DNA of 63,048 nucleotides, filler included, from Reticulomyxa filosa (lineage: Eukaryota; Protista; Foraminifera), in the NCBI GenBank assembly GCA_000512085.1. It is 13 parts of 13 records of this genome, joined end to end, with 100 filler letters (N's around TTAATTAATTAA, not from the genome) between each part and the next. Parts side by side here need not be neighbours in the genome. Positions count along the whole stretch, not along the records: positions 21,536 to 31,758 come from ASPP01001054.1; positions 31,859 to 33,121 come from ASPP01027472.1; positions 33,222 to 46,295 come from ASPP01004811.1; 10 more parts are not named here. The stretch is one strand, 5' to 3'. A model generated the notes under the pieces. It had not been told where the DNA came from. It was given only the letters and a program-made list of their open reading frames with translations, and made no database searches. Below are positions 23,961 through 37,577 of the stretch, piece after piece. Position 1 is the first letter of the stretch; each line of letters begins with the position of its first letter. Made by a program: the position numbers and the translations under genes.

Positions 23961-25791
23961 GCAGAAAAATTCCTTTCTAACCTTCATTTTCTGCTTCAAT
24001 ATATTCTTTTCGTTTATTTCTTGTATTATTGCTGTTCTTTCGATCCATTTAATCGATTATCTTGTGAAATAACATTCATTGCAGAATGTCTAATCTTTTG
24101 CTTGATGTTTCATTTTGAACATTATCTCCAACTTCGTGTACATGTTGTTATCTTTATGGATGTCATTTTTCCTCTCGTTCTTGCCATGAATGTCTGCATC
24201 TTTATTTTGAATAGCGTTCAAAAGTGTTATTTGCAGTCACATGATAGCCTTTTTTCAAGCTCAAAATGCATGATGTTAAAAGCAGAACTTTTTTTAAGAG
24301 CATGTTTCTATGCCTGAGTATAGCATCTATCGATTACGTCTGCAAATGGAATATATTCAACACTGTAACAACACTAAAGAATGATTGTGCTGACTATACT
24401 TTAATTGGCCAGCCTTGCCAACTGCTTTCTTGTTAGCACTTCGCTGCTGTAAAAGACTCTTTCTTTTAACCGCATGTGCCTTAGTTTGGTGGTGGAGTTT
24501 ATGCTTAAACCGACAACAACCACCATACCCAAATAAACTGCAACAACAATTGCCAACAAAATAAGAAAATTGTTGAAGATACATACTAGTTTTACAATGT
24601 CCAACTACTATTAAAAAAAAAATTTTACTATAAACGATTTTCAAGATTAAAAAAAAGTTTCTTCTTTTGCTTCTTTGTCTTGTTTGCTTTTCTTGGTTCT
24701 CAAGACTATTCACGAAAATTCTTGAATGTTCAAATATCAAAATATAACTTTTTTCACAAAAGTTAATATCGATGATGAACGTGGTTAAATGAATTTTTTT
24801 TTTAATAAACTGCAACAAATTAGTTGCCAAAAACCAAATTGATTAAAGACACACGATTTTTACAACGTTCAAAATATTCAACACTATGAAAAAAATTTTT
24901 ATACTATAAAAGATTTTCAAGTAGTAAAAAATTTATTGGTCTTGTCTTTTGCTCATAAGCTGTTTTACTTTGCGAAATTTCTTAACGATATTAAATCTCT
25001 ACTTTCAAAAACACTTAAATGTCGAAGTAACTTGCAACTTCAAACGTTTTACCTTTAAAATAATACTTTTTTGGCAAAAGTGACTATATATGATGAATTT
25101 TGAAATGATTTTTTTTTCTTGTATTCCTTACAAATGTTTTCATCATTTAATTCTTTTTCTTTATTTTCTGTTCTTGACTGATTTTTTTGTATTATCTGCT
25201 TTTTATTTGCTTTTCCATTTTCACTTTCATCAGCAGCTTGAGTGAATTGAGATCTTGTTGCTTGATTTGCATTGTTAGTCATTATTTCATCATCGCTATT
25301 TAAATGATGATATGATTCATCTTTATAAGGTGCTAGTTTGGTGTGTCAAGGTTTTTGTCACTATCTGTAGTTGATATACTTTTGGCTTTTACTTTGCCAA
25401 TGATGACAGTGGTTTGACAAGTTGATATTTGTTACTGCTTCTTCTAGTTTCTAAAAAAATAATTACAAGTTTAATTTCAATGCTGCTGAAATGAAAGAAT
25501 TAATAACTCAATAGATCGTTCGAATAGACACATATTTTTGTGCTTCAAACTCAAAACAAGATTTTCAGCACAAATGATTGAAAATAATAGAATACGTTGC
25601 ATTGAAAAGAGATCCAAAGTATTGTTCTACTTTCGAAATTATTTTAAGAAACCTATTTAAAAATGTTACTATTTGTGTAAGTAGCTCATATAAATTTTTT
25701 TTGACGTTCAATCTTCACAATTAATAAATTAAGATTTGGAGTGCTGCTAGAGAGGCAAAAGAATCAAATCGTGTAAAAAAAAAACTAATGG

Positions 25792-28700
25792 TCACACTCC
25801 TCTTTCCCATTCAATCTTAATAAACCTCCGGTCCTCTGGATAATTTTCCAATTCAACTTTAACTTGGATTTCAGTTTTGTTAAAGAAAAAAGCGACTGGA
25901 ATTTCTTTTGTTGTAGCGTCTACTCCATTCCACCAATTGTCTGGCAAATCAAAAGATGCCTGCCCACAATATGTCTCATTGGTGCATTGTTTGGGGTTTT
26001 CTTCAGTGCTACGGTGAATTTCAATGATGATTACTTTTTCTCCTTCATTAAGAGGTTGGAAATATTTCACCTTTGGAGGGTCTTGCACGTGCATTTTGGC
26101 GCCTTTGCTAACGAATATTTCAAAACCATCTTCAAATATGTAGCTCATCTCTTTTTCACTCCATAGTTTTTTATCTTCTTCATCCGAAGTGGCCCACAAC
26201 CGGGCACATTTTAATCCATACGTGTATGGCATGACGTATTTTGCAATCAAGGATGGAGCCACGCCAAACCGAACCGCTCCTTCCACTACAGCCAAAATGG
26301 GTTGGTTTGGTTTTGAGATTGTTTTGATCATTTTGTGATCCGTTACAAATGTATCCCTGAGTCTCTGCATTACATAAGGTGATGTGGATAATCCCCCTAC
26401 GCAGAGCATGGTTTTACATCCTTTCAATTCTGGCTCCATCAATAACTTATGTACATGCTCGACAAGAGGATCGATGACTTTGTCCATTAGAAATTTCCAC
26501 CCCTCATGGCCCAAGTAAAGTGTTCCGATATCTTCGTCCAATTCAAATACACCGCTTTTATTTTTCAATTTGTACTCTTGCACTTTCTTGCTCATTACTT
26601 TTAAATCAATCTGATGCTTTTTCATGAATATCACCAGTTCCTTAATCTTTACCTTTTGAGGTTTGGATGAAACTGGATCGTAGTTATGTTTGGCTTGTCG
26701 GAAACTCTCTTTCAATCGGATGGATTCATTTGGGTACTTGGTTTTGAACTCTTCTATTATTTCTCTTCCAAATATTTCGTGCAACATTTCCCAAAACGCT
26801 TCGTCAATGTATGTGCTGCCCCATGGACCACCACTAGGGGCATAAATTTGTGACACGTTTATCCCGTCCAACACTTGATGACAAGCGATATCTGCAGTGC
26901 CTCCACCCAAATCCAATAGTATGTATTTGTCATCCTTGTTTAAATTACAGTAATTACGCGCGACAACACTTCCACATTCTGTTTTTTTAAAATATCCCAA
27001 TTTTGTTGAGAAAAATGGAACAGTAAAAATTGATTCACACCTGGTTCGAATGCAAATATCAAATGATCACGAATGAAATTATTTATCAATCCTGCACGAA
27101 GAGCAGCCTCTCGCATTCTATTCTTTGCTGTGTTGGACCAAATGGCCGGTATCGTTACTATCCATTGCACATCTTCAATTTCTTTTACGCACTTTGTTTC
27201 TCTGAGAACCTTCATTATATGCTTTCGTAAGAATGTAAATGCTTGCACTAGCACCTCGATTGTTTTTCTCTTCTTTCCATTTGCAGCTGTCAAGTAAGGT
27301 TCCAAATCCTTTTCTTTTTTGTCAGTGTCGTATTTGCCTTCTTCTTCCTCCAATGTCTTATCTATTATTATTATTTCATCATTTCACACTCTTTTTTTTT
27401 TTAAATAATAATAAATTTGGAGTCTAACCATATAAGGCCATTTTAAATCTTTCATAAAACTCTAAGGAGCAGTCAGTATTTGAAGTATATTCATCGGCCG
27501 CCTCTTGTCCAAACGCTACAAAGTCGCCATTTTTGTCAAGCAGTATGTTCGTTTTGCATTTCAATTCTGCTAGCAAACGTCCTGGCCATTTTTGTTCCTT
27601 GTGCACTTCTTCGTTGAAAAAGCTGTACGCGAATCCCGTGCCATCTGTTCCAAAGTCGATGCCTACAGCTGCCTTAAACAGGTGCCGACTCTCGATCATG
27701 CTACGTCCTTCAGATATCCGACTAATATTTTTTTTTTGTGAGCCTATATCTCAAGAAAGAGTACCAAAAAAAAAAAGTGTTGCAAACAACAGACTCTCTA
27801 TTTTTGGAGACTCGAATAGCCTGAATCGCTTCCGTTACAAATCGCACCACACTGGCAAATAAATACTTGATATCAGGCATTTCACGCTCTTCCACTATTA
27901 GATTTATTTCGTAACCAGTTGCTTTAAAAACTCGAATCATCTATTTTTTTTTGGACACAAATTCGAATGTGTACGTGTTATTTTCTTTCGTTCCCTCATT
28001 TCTTTTGCGTGCCAAACTTTGTTTAAGCTGTTATTCAATTTTGCAATACAATATCGCATATTCCCTTTTTCTTGAAGTTTTCTCAAAGTGGTATCGTGCT
28101 GTCGTCGTGTGTCGTTTGGATAATTATCACCAGCTCCATCATGGTACATGCGATTATGAGGTGGAGCGTCTCCCTGTGTTTTTTGTGTATCCCTCTCTTC
28201 ATTAGAAAAGTTTCTGAGGATGGATTTTCTATTCTCCATCCTCCAATCGGCTGTCAAAAAAAACAAACTAACAATATGAAACAACACTTTGGTTGTTGAC
28301 GACCACTGAAGCTTTGCGCACTCTTCCAAACCACCGATGACATCTTCGCAATTATCATCTCCTCCATTTGCCTTTAATTTCTCTAGAAAATCTTTGAATG
28401 CATTCACATCTTCCGTAAAGGGCAATATTTCAAATGGAGGAGTGTCGTCATAATCCCTGAAGTATGTTTTTTGTTTGTTATTATCCAAAGATAAAAACCA
28501 AAAAACAAAAATGTATACCTGTAACCGACGCATGCCAGTTTTATTTTAACAAATGGATATTCAGTTAATATTTGGGTAACAATATTTTGGATATCGTCCT
28601 TGCATTTGCTTATCCACTCGACCATTGAGCCTACACAAACAACAAGTTTTCTCGAGAATAAATCAACTTTCATACATTTCTTTTCCTTGCCTGTGCAATC

Positions 28701-28922
28701 CATGGCAAAGCACAAATCAACACTCATTTGTTGTTCAATCTTTAACAATTCTTGTTAACACAAGTAGCAACACAAAAAAAAAAGGAACACTTGGCAATGT
28801 TGTAAAAACAAAGACTAATTTAGTGTTATTGGTTTTTGTCAACGTTTTTTATTTTTGTTTCACAAGACAGCGCTTTCAAAACTGTAGAATTTACCTGTCC
28901 TAAAGAAATTGTCAATCCCCAT
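25792..28922 (-). CDS. vWA domain fused to HSPA12-like atypical HSP70, multi-exon
   Basis: vWA: VDLCFAMDCTG|SM...ACVGYR|DYDD...GGDDNCEDVIGGL...GDAPPH. HSP70: AAVGIDFGTDGTGFAYSF, YERFKMALY, WIVTIPAIW, FAFEP|E, LLDLGGGTAD, GGPWGSTYIDEAF, LCVGGLSTSPY, AVVEGAV. Intron 27722-27794 can join the two in frame. The start codon is uncertain (28922 or about 28727). Confidence 0.85.
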
Positions 28923-29056
28923 TTTATTTCAAAACAAACACCTCATTTAGTGTTGAAGAAAATCGACTGTCTGAACAACTCAAAACCAAATCTAACAATA
29001 AATAATTGATTATTTAAGTAAAAGAGTTTTTTTTGATTGATTTTTCATTCTGCGCC

Positions 29057-31373
29057 ATGTCTTGTGAGGTGTTTGATCAAGTAATTGGAATAGATTTGGG
29101 TTCCTTTGGATCTGCAGCGCTGGCATGCGAACATACAGAGCTCAGTAGTGCGCATAGAGTGGAGTTAATTCGACAGCCTGGAGGCTATGAAGAAATAGCT
29201 CAGTATGCCAAAAACAAAAATTTATCAGCTCTGCTTTTGGATCGCGAAACAAAAACAGTCGTGTGTTGGGGCTACACAGCAGAAGAAACATATATTCAAA
29301 CCAAAGTTTTGTCAACTGGATATTCTACCTCAGGAAAAGACAAAGAAAAGTACCTCCTTGCTTTTTTGCATACTTTAATTTACAAATATAGCCAAAAGAG
29401 CGAAGCAAGTTTGCATATTTCGCAAACTTTAAACCTGCTGTGCTAAGCAAAGACTCTAAATTTTGGTCTATAAAAATAAAGGATAGCAGCAGGACATATG
29501 AAATGTCAGTAATGGAGTTGTTTGTGCTACTGCTGAATGCTATCAAAGAAACAGTATTAGCACAAGTGGAAGTGACTCGAAAAGATATGTTTGGAGAGGC
29601 ATATCGATCTCTTGATCCAAAGAAAGTATTGTATGTGCTGACTGTCCCTGCGCTTTGGGATGATGAAGTTAATTTTAAAAACAAAAAAGGATTGCTTGTA
29701 TCCCTCTCTCCTTCAAACAAAAAATAACAACAAGAATACTGAAGCGATGAGAAAATGCGGAAAAAGGTGTGGAATGGATCATATTGAAATATGCTTTGAG
29801 CCTATTGCAGCAATTTTTGCCGTGATTAGTGACAAGCAAAGCAAAGAGTGTGACGAGACGAAAAACACTAAAATTCTATGAAAAGTTTAATATAAAGCAC
29901 GTATATATTATTCACATATCGCCACTTTTTTTTTGTGCCCAAAAAAAAATAAAAACAGCAGCCAAGTAGTTTTGTTAGACATGGGCTGGAGCCACAATTG
30001 ATGCAGCTTGCTTAAAGTTTTTAGAAAAGCGAAACAATGGCAGAAACCCATCATCGAGATGGATTGAATATTGGAGGCATGGCTGTAGACAAAGCATTTG
30101 AGACTTTGCTTTCGAACATTTTTGGAAACGCTGTCATTGATAAATTTCAAAAGAAGTTTCGACATAACAAATGTTTTATTTTTTTTGGTCCTCTTTTTTG
30201 TGTTGCCATAACTTTCACAATAAAATATGCAAAGCAACACAATTTAAAAAAGTAATTCACAGGCATGGCTCGAACAAAGAAATGCATTTTGGCGTGCAAA
30301 GCATTCGTTGCCTGCAGGTAAGAAATGGAACGTGCGCTTGGATTGGGATTTTAAAAACTATTTACAATCAACTTTCGGGAGTCTTGATACAGTTGAGGAA
30401 AAATTGCGAGCGTATTCCAAAATCGATGGCAAATCCAAGTTGGAAACATAAAAAAATAATAAAGTAAACGTATATCAACATTTTTTTTTTTTTGTGATCT
30501 GTCAGTCAGATAAGATTGGAGGGTGAATTTTTGGAGTTGTCTTATGAAGCATGGCTATCCCTGCATCAACAAGTATTGGACGCCATGTGTGAGTTTGTCT
30601 CAAAGCTCTTGGATCTTGAGCAAGTGAAACCAAACGTATTGATCGTAACTGGAGGATTTTCCAATTGTCCTTACGTTATTCCAAGATTACAAAAACTCAT
30701 TAGTGAACGAAAAGATCTTCTGAAAATTTATCAACCATTGAACCCACACGAAAGTGTCGTGCGTGGATCTGTCCTCTGGGCTATCAACAAAAGAAAGCTG
30801 TTATCCCTTCGAGCACCTTTAACTCTAGGATGGTCAATAGATCGTATATGGTGTGATAAAGATCCTGATGATGATCACAAAGTTAGTTCTTTCGAGTCAT
30901 ACACTGGTTATATTCGTAAGAAATGTTTTAAACCAATTATTCTACGAGATGAGGAGTTTAACGATGGAAAGTTTAGTGGAATGTCTTGTGAATACGCTAC
31001 AATTCAAACTTAAAACGTAGGCTTAAAAATACATCTGATAGGAATTAACGAAGTGTATCTCCTCCCACGACAACAAAAATTTGTGGAATTTGAATTGCAC
31101 AAATCCAAATATAAAGATGAAATGTATTGTGACGACAAAACCAAATGTCAATTGCTCAAAAAATTTAAAGTGTTTTTTGAAAATCCTTTTTCTGAACAAG
31201 TTAATTTAAAAATCAAAATCACTTTGGGAAGTGACCGGGTCCGGTTGTCATACAAACATCCCGAGACAAAAAGTTTGCATTATGCTCGTGTTATCTATGA
31301 AGACGAGAATGTGGATGAGGTTGTCAAAATCGGTGTTGAATTTGAAGAGATTGAAAGAAAAGAAAGTATGTAA
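29057..31373 (+). CDS. HSPA12-like atypical HSP70, multi-exon, two apparent +1 frameshifts near 29987 and 30027
   Basis: VIGIDLGSFGS, YFANFKP, YVLTVPALWDD, CFEPIAA, LLDMG[t]GATIDAA, IGGMAVDKAFE, IVTGGFSNCPYV, SVVRGSV. Confidence 0.8.
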
Positions 31374-33369
31374 TTCACTTTGGGAAAAAATTCAACTAAT
31401 CTATCTTCTCAAAAATTTTGCAAAATTAGTGATAGAATCTCTTGAAAATGAAGGATTTAAAAAACAACTCTCTAGAAATAATTAAAATATCGACATTTTT
31501 TCATTTTTTTTTAAATGTGTAGCAAAACTGTGTTTCAAAAAGTAAGGTCGATTTATCTGTATGTAGGAAAATACCTTGCTTACGTTTTTATCTTTTTTAT
31601 GGTAGATCTTTTGCAAATATTCAGACTTGACTCTATGCTTTGCGGTTGAATGAACTGATGTTTCTTATTTACATTTAGATCATAAGGTCTGTGGGGAGAA
31701 CCCAAGGTTCGCTCTGAAGTGATGGATCTCTTCTTCCCAAGAACTTTCTTACTCCTTCNNNNNNNNNNNNNNNNNNNNNNNNNNNNNNNNNNNNNNNNNN
31801 NNTTAATTAATTAANNNNNNNNNNNNNNNNNNNNNNNNNNNNNNNNNNNNNNNNNNNNCTTTTTTTTTATACGTAGAGGGCTTTTTCTCTCGTAAGTTAA
31901 AACTGATGGACAACAATCTTCAGTTAAATGAATTTGAAACATTAATTTTCGAAATGAATAAGTTTCTATTATAAAAAATACTTTTATCAAAAAATTTGTT
32001 TATAAAAATTATATTATAATTTTTTTAAAGTTAGCCCCTTGTTTGAGTTTTTCTTCACAGACAAAAACTGTTTTGTTCGTTTCTTTATTTGTTAAATGAT
32101 TAGTTGTTTTTTTTTTTGTTTTTTGTTATAACAAGTTGTGTTTACAAGGACAAGCCCGTATCCTTGACCAGAGATGTTTTTAACTAGTTATTTTTTTTTT
32201 GCGGAAATGCGGGTGCAATTAAGGTAACTTATTATTTTCGTTAAATTGTTTTTTTTTCTTTGATGATAATACTTTCCCTTACGACTGAGTCAAAATGATG
32301 GACAATTTTTTCTGACTCCATTGAAGAGAGATTTTTTTTATAATTTTTTTTTCACGAAATTACAAAGTCAATAATAAAAATAAATAGGCTTACGCTGTTT
32401 CGAACAAACAACGAATTTTTCAAAGAAAATTTATATGAAAACTTATTGTTTAATATCGACATTGATGCAAATAACAATATTAATCAAATCAACAATTCAA
32501 TTAACTGCTCAGACACTCCAGATGCTGATTCATACTTTCCAAATGTTATTTTACATTTTGCATTTTGGAAAGTATTTCTTTAAAGTTTTTGGAAAATGGA
32601 ATGAATTGTTAAAAAAAAGTTCATTCTCAAAATTTCATATATTTTTTTTAAAGATGCAAGGCTAATATGAGCACTAAGCCTGCATGAATTTTATAATACA
32701 AACACAATTGTTGAAAAGGGCTTTAATAAAAGCGAAGATATCTCAATGTGGCAATTGTATCATTTTCCAAAGTGCAAACAATTTGACTTTGGAGATGCTA
32801 TAACATGCAAACAAAAAAAGAAATGGAGAAAAACAACTCTGAGTTGTCACGTCCACTTTAGCACCAAATTGTTAATTCTGCGAGTTAGTAATAACAAGGC
32901 TTCGCCTATATCACATAAATCACATTTTTGTGGTTGATTATTTAATAATAATTTACAAACATCATTATTATAATTGTAGGAAGTATTTTATAGATATATA
33001 CATACATATACGTGTATTTATATCATTTACATACATTTATAAATTTACATACGTATAAATCAGCATGATTTATATCGTGACATATTTACAATGTCAGAAG
33101 ATCCTTTGATAGTGTTAGTTCNNNNNNNNNNNNNNNNNNNNNNNNNNNNNNNNNNNNNNNNNNNNTTAATTAATTAANNNNNNNNNNNNNNNNNNNNNNN
33201 NNNNNNNNNNNNNNNNNNNNNCAAGGAAGAGGGGAGAGAGGGAGAAAAAAAAAAAACAAAGAGTATTGATTATAACGAAAACAGGGAGGAAAGAGAAAGA
33301 AAAGAAACTTTGAAATATTAAAATGCAAAATAAACAGTAAATATTCTAATATCCGACAAATGATATAGG

Positions 33370-35049
33370 TGTTTCGATTTCTTCGTCATCGATTGCTTGA
33401 TTTGAATGAAAAAGACTATGTTGCATCTATTATTCCGCCAAGTGTAGTACAGCAAAGAGATGTGTTGGACGCGAAATTTGGAGAAGGTTAAAGACTAAAG
33501 ATTACTTTTTTTTTTTTTTTCTTCCTTCTTCTCCTCTTTCTTAATGCCACAAACAAAAACAAAAACAAAGGCCGATCCGGAGCATTTTTTTATTTTACTC
33601 ATGACAGCCGCTTTTTGGTAAAGACTATAACTAAAACTGAATGCGAATTTTTCCTATCAATACTGAAACGATACGTCGAATACTTGCACAACAACCCTGA
33701 TTCTGCATTGAATTTGTTTGTTGGATTGCACTCTTGTCGAATGTACAATTTGACGCTGTACTTTGTCGTTATGGAAAACATTTTCTTAGCCGATTTGAAA
33801 CCACATGAAGTATATGATTTAAAAGGGAGCTGGGTTGCTAGACATACTCACGCGGGAATCAATTCTGGAGTTATTTCAAATTTTATTTTATTTATGTAAT
33901 TTCTCTTTCTTGTTGAGATTGTACACATGGATATGTTTTCTGTAATGGTATTTTGCTTGATTTTCTATCTGCACAGAAAGTGATGAAAGACTTAGATTTG
34001 ACTCGATACATCGTACTGTCAAAAGAAAGCAGAGTGAAAATATTGAATCAATTGGAAAGTGACTCTATATTTTTAAAAAGCATTGGGGTCATGGATTATT
34101 CTTTGCTTTTGGGAATTTATTATATGCAAATCGCACACAATGCTCCTCGAGATTTGCGTGGCTTTTTGGATAAAGGGCAAACCATGGAAGATGAAGAAAA
34201 TACTTCCAACACAAAAGAAGCGGAGCATTTGTTGAATGATTTCCACGGTGGTGTTCGAGCGCAAGTGAGTTCACTACAGTACTTTGTCATATCTTGTTTT
34301 GTTTTGTTTTGTTTTTGAATGGATTCTGCAAAAAAAAGGTGGTCGAAGGCCCTGGCATATACTACATTGGTATTATTGACATTTTGCAAAGCTGGACCAT
34401 TCGCAAAAAATTAGAGCATTACTTCAAGCGCTGGGTGTTACGAAAACCAGCCGCTGGTATCAGTTGTGTCGATCCACGTTTTTACCAGCGACGATTTATG
34501 ACCTACATGCGTCGTATCATGATCACGGATGAAACATTTCTAAAAATCAATTCCATCAATACCGACATGTTCCGTCAGTCCAGTGTGTTGCAATATCCTC
34601 CACCGGAAGTTGTCGACGACACGTTCCGAATCGGTCGTATGTCGTCTTTAATGAATGAAGACGATATTAATCGGACGCGCTCTGATGTCCAAAGCAAAGC
34701 CATCAAAACGGAGTCCATCCTTGATATCGAGGATCCTGTGCCAATATCGATGAAAAAACCTTCAGATTTTCTCAACAAAACGCATCAACAAACTTCGTTT
34801 CGTCATACTTACCGTCTTCATCGGGGTAATAGCTCCACAAATGTTTCCAACAATCGTACTCAACTGAGCGATATGCCTGTGATTGAAGAAAATAAAGAAT
34901 TGTCCCACAAAAATACAAAAGCATTGACCAAGCAAGAATCTAACTTAGCTCATATCATAGACTTACCATCCATTGAACTTGCCATAAGCGAAGAAACTCG
35001 GCCTATCATGTCTCAAAGAGATGAAAAATCAACTGGAAATACTCAATAA
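33370..35049 (+). CDS. Phosphatidylinositol phosphate kinase (PIP5K family), 5' truncated, multi-exon
   Basis: GEG|RSGAFFYFTHDSRFLVKT, YDLKGS, MKDLD, VMDYSLLLGI, YYIGIIDILQ. Confidence 0.92.
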
Positions 35050-35442
35050 TAAAACCCCCATTTTAAGTTAAATCCTCTTTTGGATGTAAATTTGTTTTAC
35101 TTACTGTTTGTGATCAGAGGGAGATGTGTTAGCTGGCTAACATTTTTATTTTTACTTGACGTTTTACTACGGTAATGGTTGATCCACATTTGACAATATA
35201 TTTCAGTTGAAAATTTTTATTTCCAACACAGGGTTAACTTTCTTTTTACACCAACTGTTTTTTATTTTTAAATAAAATTGGTGTCGGTAAACCAGATCAT
35301 TAAAATACCTATGAAACACAAGCTTTTGACTACATTGTGAATTTCAGTTGGATATGTTGTCCAAAACCAAAAAGGTTCTGTGTTGAGGATTTTCGACTTT
35401 TTTTTGACTGTTTCGTGCATAACGCGGGTTAAATAGATACAA

Positions 35443-36880
35443 ATGAGAGAAGTGATCACAGTAGAAGTAGGCCAAGCCGGTATCCAACTTGGCAATGCCA
35501 TCTGGGAACAATACTGTGCAGAGCATGGAGTTGACAACACCAGCAAAGGAAGGAAAAGCTGGAGCAAAGATGATCATTTCAAGGTTTTCTTTGAAGAAAC
35601 AGGTAGTGGCCAATTTGTGCCACGCAATCTTGCGGTATGTTATCATTATTTTTTGGTATTGCATTACATACGAACAGGGCAAATGACAGGTTGACTCGGA
35701 ACCCAATGTAATTGATAATGTAAAAAATGGGCGTTTTGCAGCTATGTTCAACCCTAAGTTTTTAATTCATGGGAACGAGGACACCGGTAATTTTGCGAGA
35801 GGCCATTACACATTTGGTAAACAAGTAATAGATAAAGTGAATGACCGATTGAGAAAGTTGGTAGACAACTGTGACAATGCAATGGGCTTTATTTTTAGTC
35901 ACAGTGTAGGTGGAGGCACTGGCTCAGGATTGGGTGCATTGATTTTGGAATGTTTGGCAGCTGACTATAAAAAAAAAACAAAGTTGGGCTTTGATATTTA
36001 CCCTTCATCAATGCTGTCTACCTGCATCTTAGAAACATACAACTCACTGTTGGCAACTCATTGGCTGTTAAATCACATGGAAGTGTCTTTGTTGTTAGAC
36101 AACGAGGCAGTTTATGGAATTTGTCAAAAGCAATTACGTTCATTTTGGCCCGACACTAATAATTTTAATAACCTGATTTCGAAAGTAATCTCTTCCATAA
36201 CTGCGTCATTGAGATTTGGCGGTGAATTGAACGCAGACTTAAACGAATTCCAAACTAACTTGGTCCCTTTCCCACGTTTACATTTTATGGTTACTGGCAT
36301 AAGTCCAATTGTTTCTGGATATGATGCTGCATTCGCGTCAAATGACGTACAAAAAATTACCAGTGATTGCCTTTTCCCATCGCACTGGCTTGTGAAATAT
36401 ACCGAGTTTGATCCTCAAGAAGATAAATTCATGGCCATTTCTTTGAATTATCGAGGAGATATTAAAGTAAAAGAGGCCAACGCCGCGGTGCAATGGTTAA
36501 AAACAAACAATAGAGTTACTTTAATTGAATGGTGCCCAACTGGGTTTAAGATTGGTTTAAATGAAGTGCCAGTAGCGGCTTTGGAATTAGATGATATCGG
36601 AACTTTTAGCAAAAATGCTGTAATGATCGCCAATAACACGGGTATTTTTCAAGTATTTCGCAAACGTATCATCCAAAAATACGATTTGATGTACTCACAA
36701 AGAGCTTTTGTACATTGGTATGTAGGAGAAGGAATGGAAGAGGGAGAATTTGCCCAGGCCCGTGAAGACTTAGGCTTCTTGGAAAAAGATTATTTAGATG
36801 TTTTAAGTGGGCGACTAAATGATGATATTGGTGGGAGTAATGACGCTGGCGATAGCGCTGGTCACGAAAGTGAAATATAG
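35443..36880 (+). CDS. Divergent alpha-tubulin (Retaria alpha2-type), one intron 35635-35689, about 460 aa
   Basis: MREVITVEVGQAGIQLGNAIWE, GGGTGSG, DLNEFQTNLVPFPRLHF, WCPTGFK, RAFVHWYVGEGMEEGEF. Confidence 0.95.
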
Positions 36881-37577
36881 TTGTACACATTGGACCATAA
36901 TAAAAAAAGCCATGTGCTTTGAAGCATTGTATTTTTTGAATAGTCAAATTTCCAGGAAAATGTTTATTATAATGTGTTTTTGAAGAGAAAAAGAATTTTG
37001 TCATCTACTTAACTGAACGAGATTATTTTCATTTAAAAAAACTTGTTTTGTTAACAAAAGTTTATTGCAATCTTTGATTGGCTCAAAAAACAAAACATTG
37101 TTTATAGTTGTCTTATTTAACTTTTCAAAAGAAAAACTTTAATCTTTGATAAGAAATTTTAAAATGACCAACGAAATCACAATCGTACTTGTGATTATGT
37201 TTTAAGGTCAAGTAGAAATAAACATTTCTTTTTTATTAGAACAAGATTTCATGGAACTTTGGAAGATATTGTCAGAATATGAACGGGGACATACTGATTC
37301 CCACTTTCAATTTTTCCCTCCTCATTTGGAAGCTCAGGCAAAACTTGAGATGAATGAACACTCATAAGTTTTCACAAAAGGACTGACTTATTTTTCGTGA
37401 GTGTCACATTCGTGTGGCACACATCAAACTTATTTTTTGTTCTCTCAATGATTCAGCCAACCAAAAAATCAATCAACACATAATTTTATCGCTTTGAAGG
37501 GGGAAAAAAAACAACAAGAAAGCACGCAAGTTGTGAAATATCTTTTTTTCTTGTCGTTTTGTCGCTTTAATGCAAGC

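Noticed and set aside
32021-32040. TTTTTTAAAGTTAGCCCC shared with 38003-38020
   Set aside because: Short and low-complexity. The second copy is a plausible intron branch point (GCTAAC on the minus strand). No evidence of an element.
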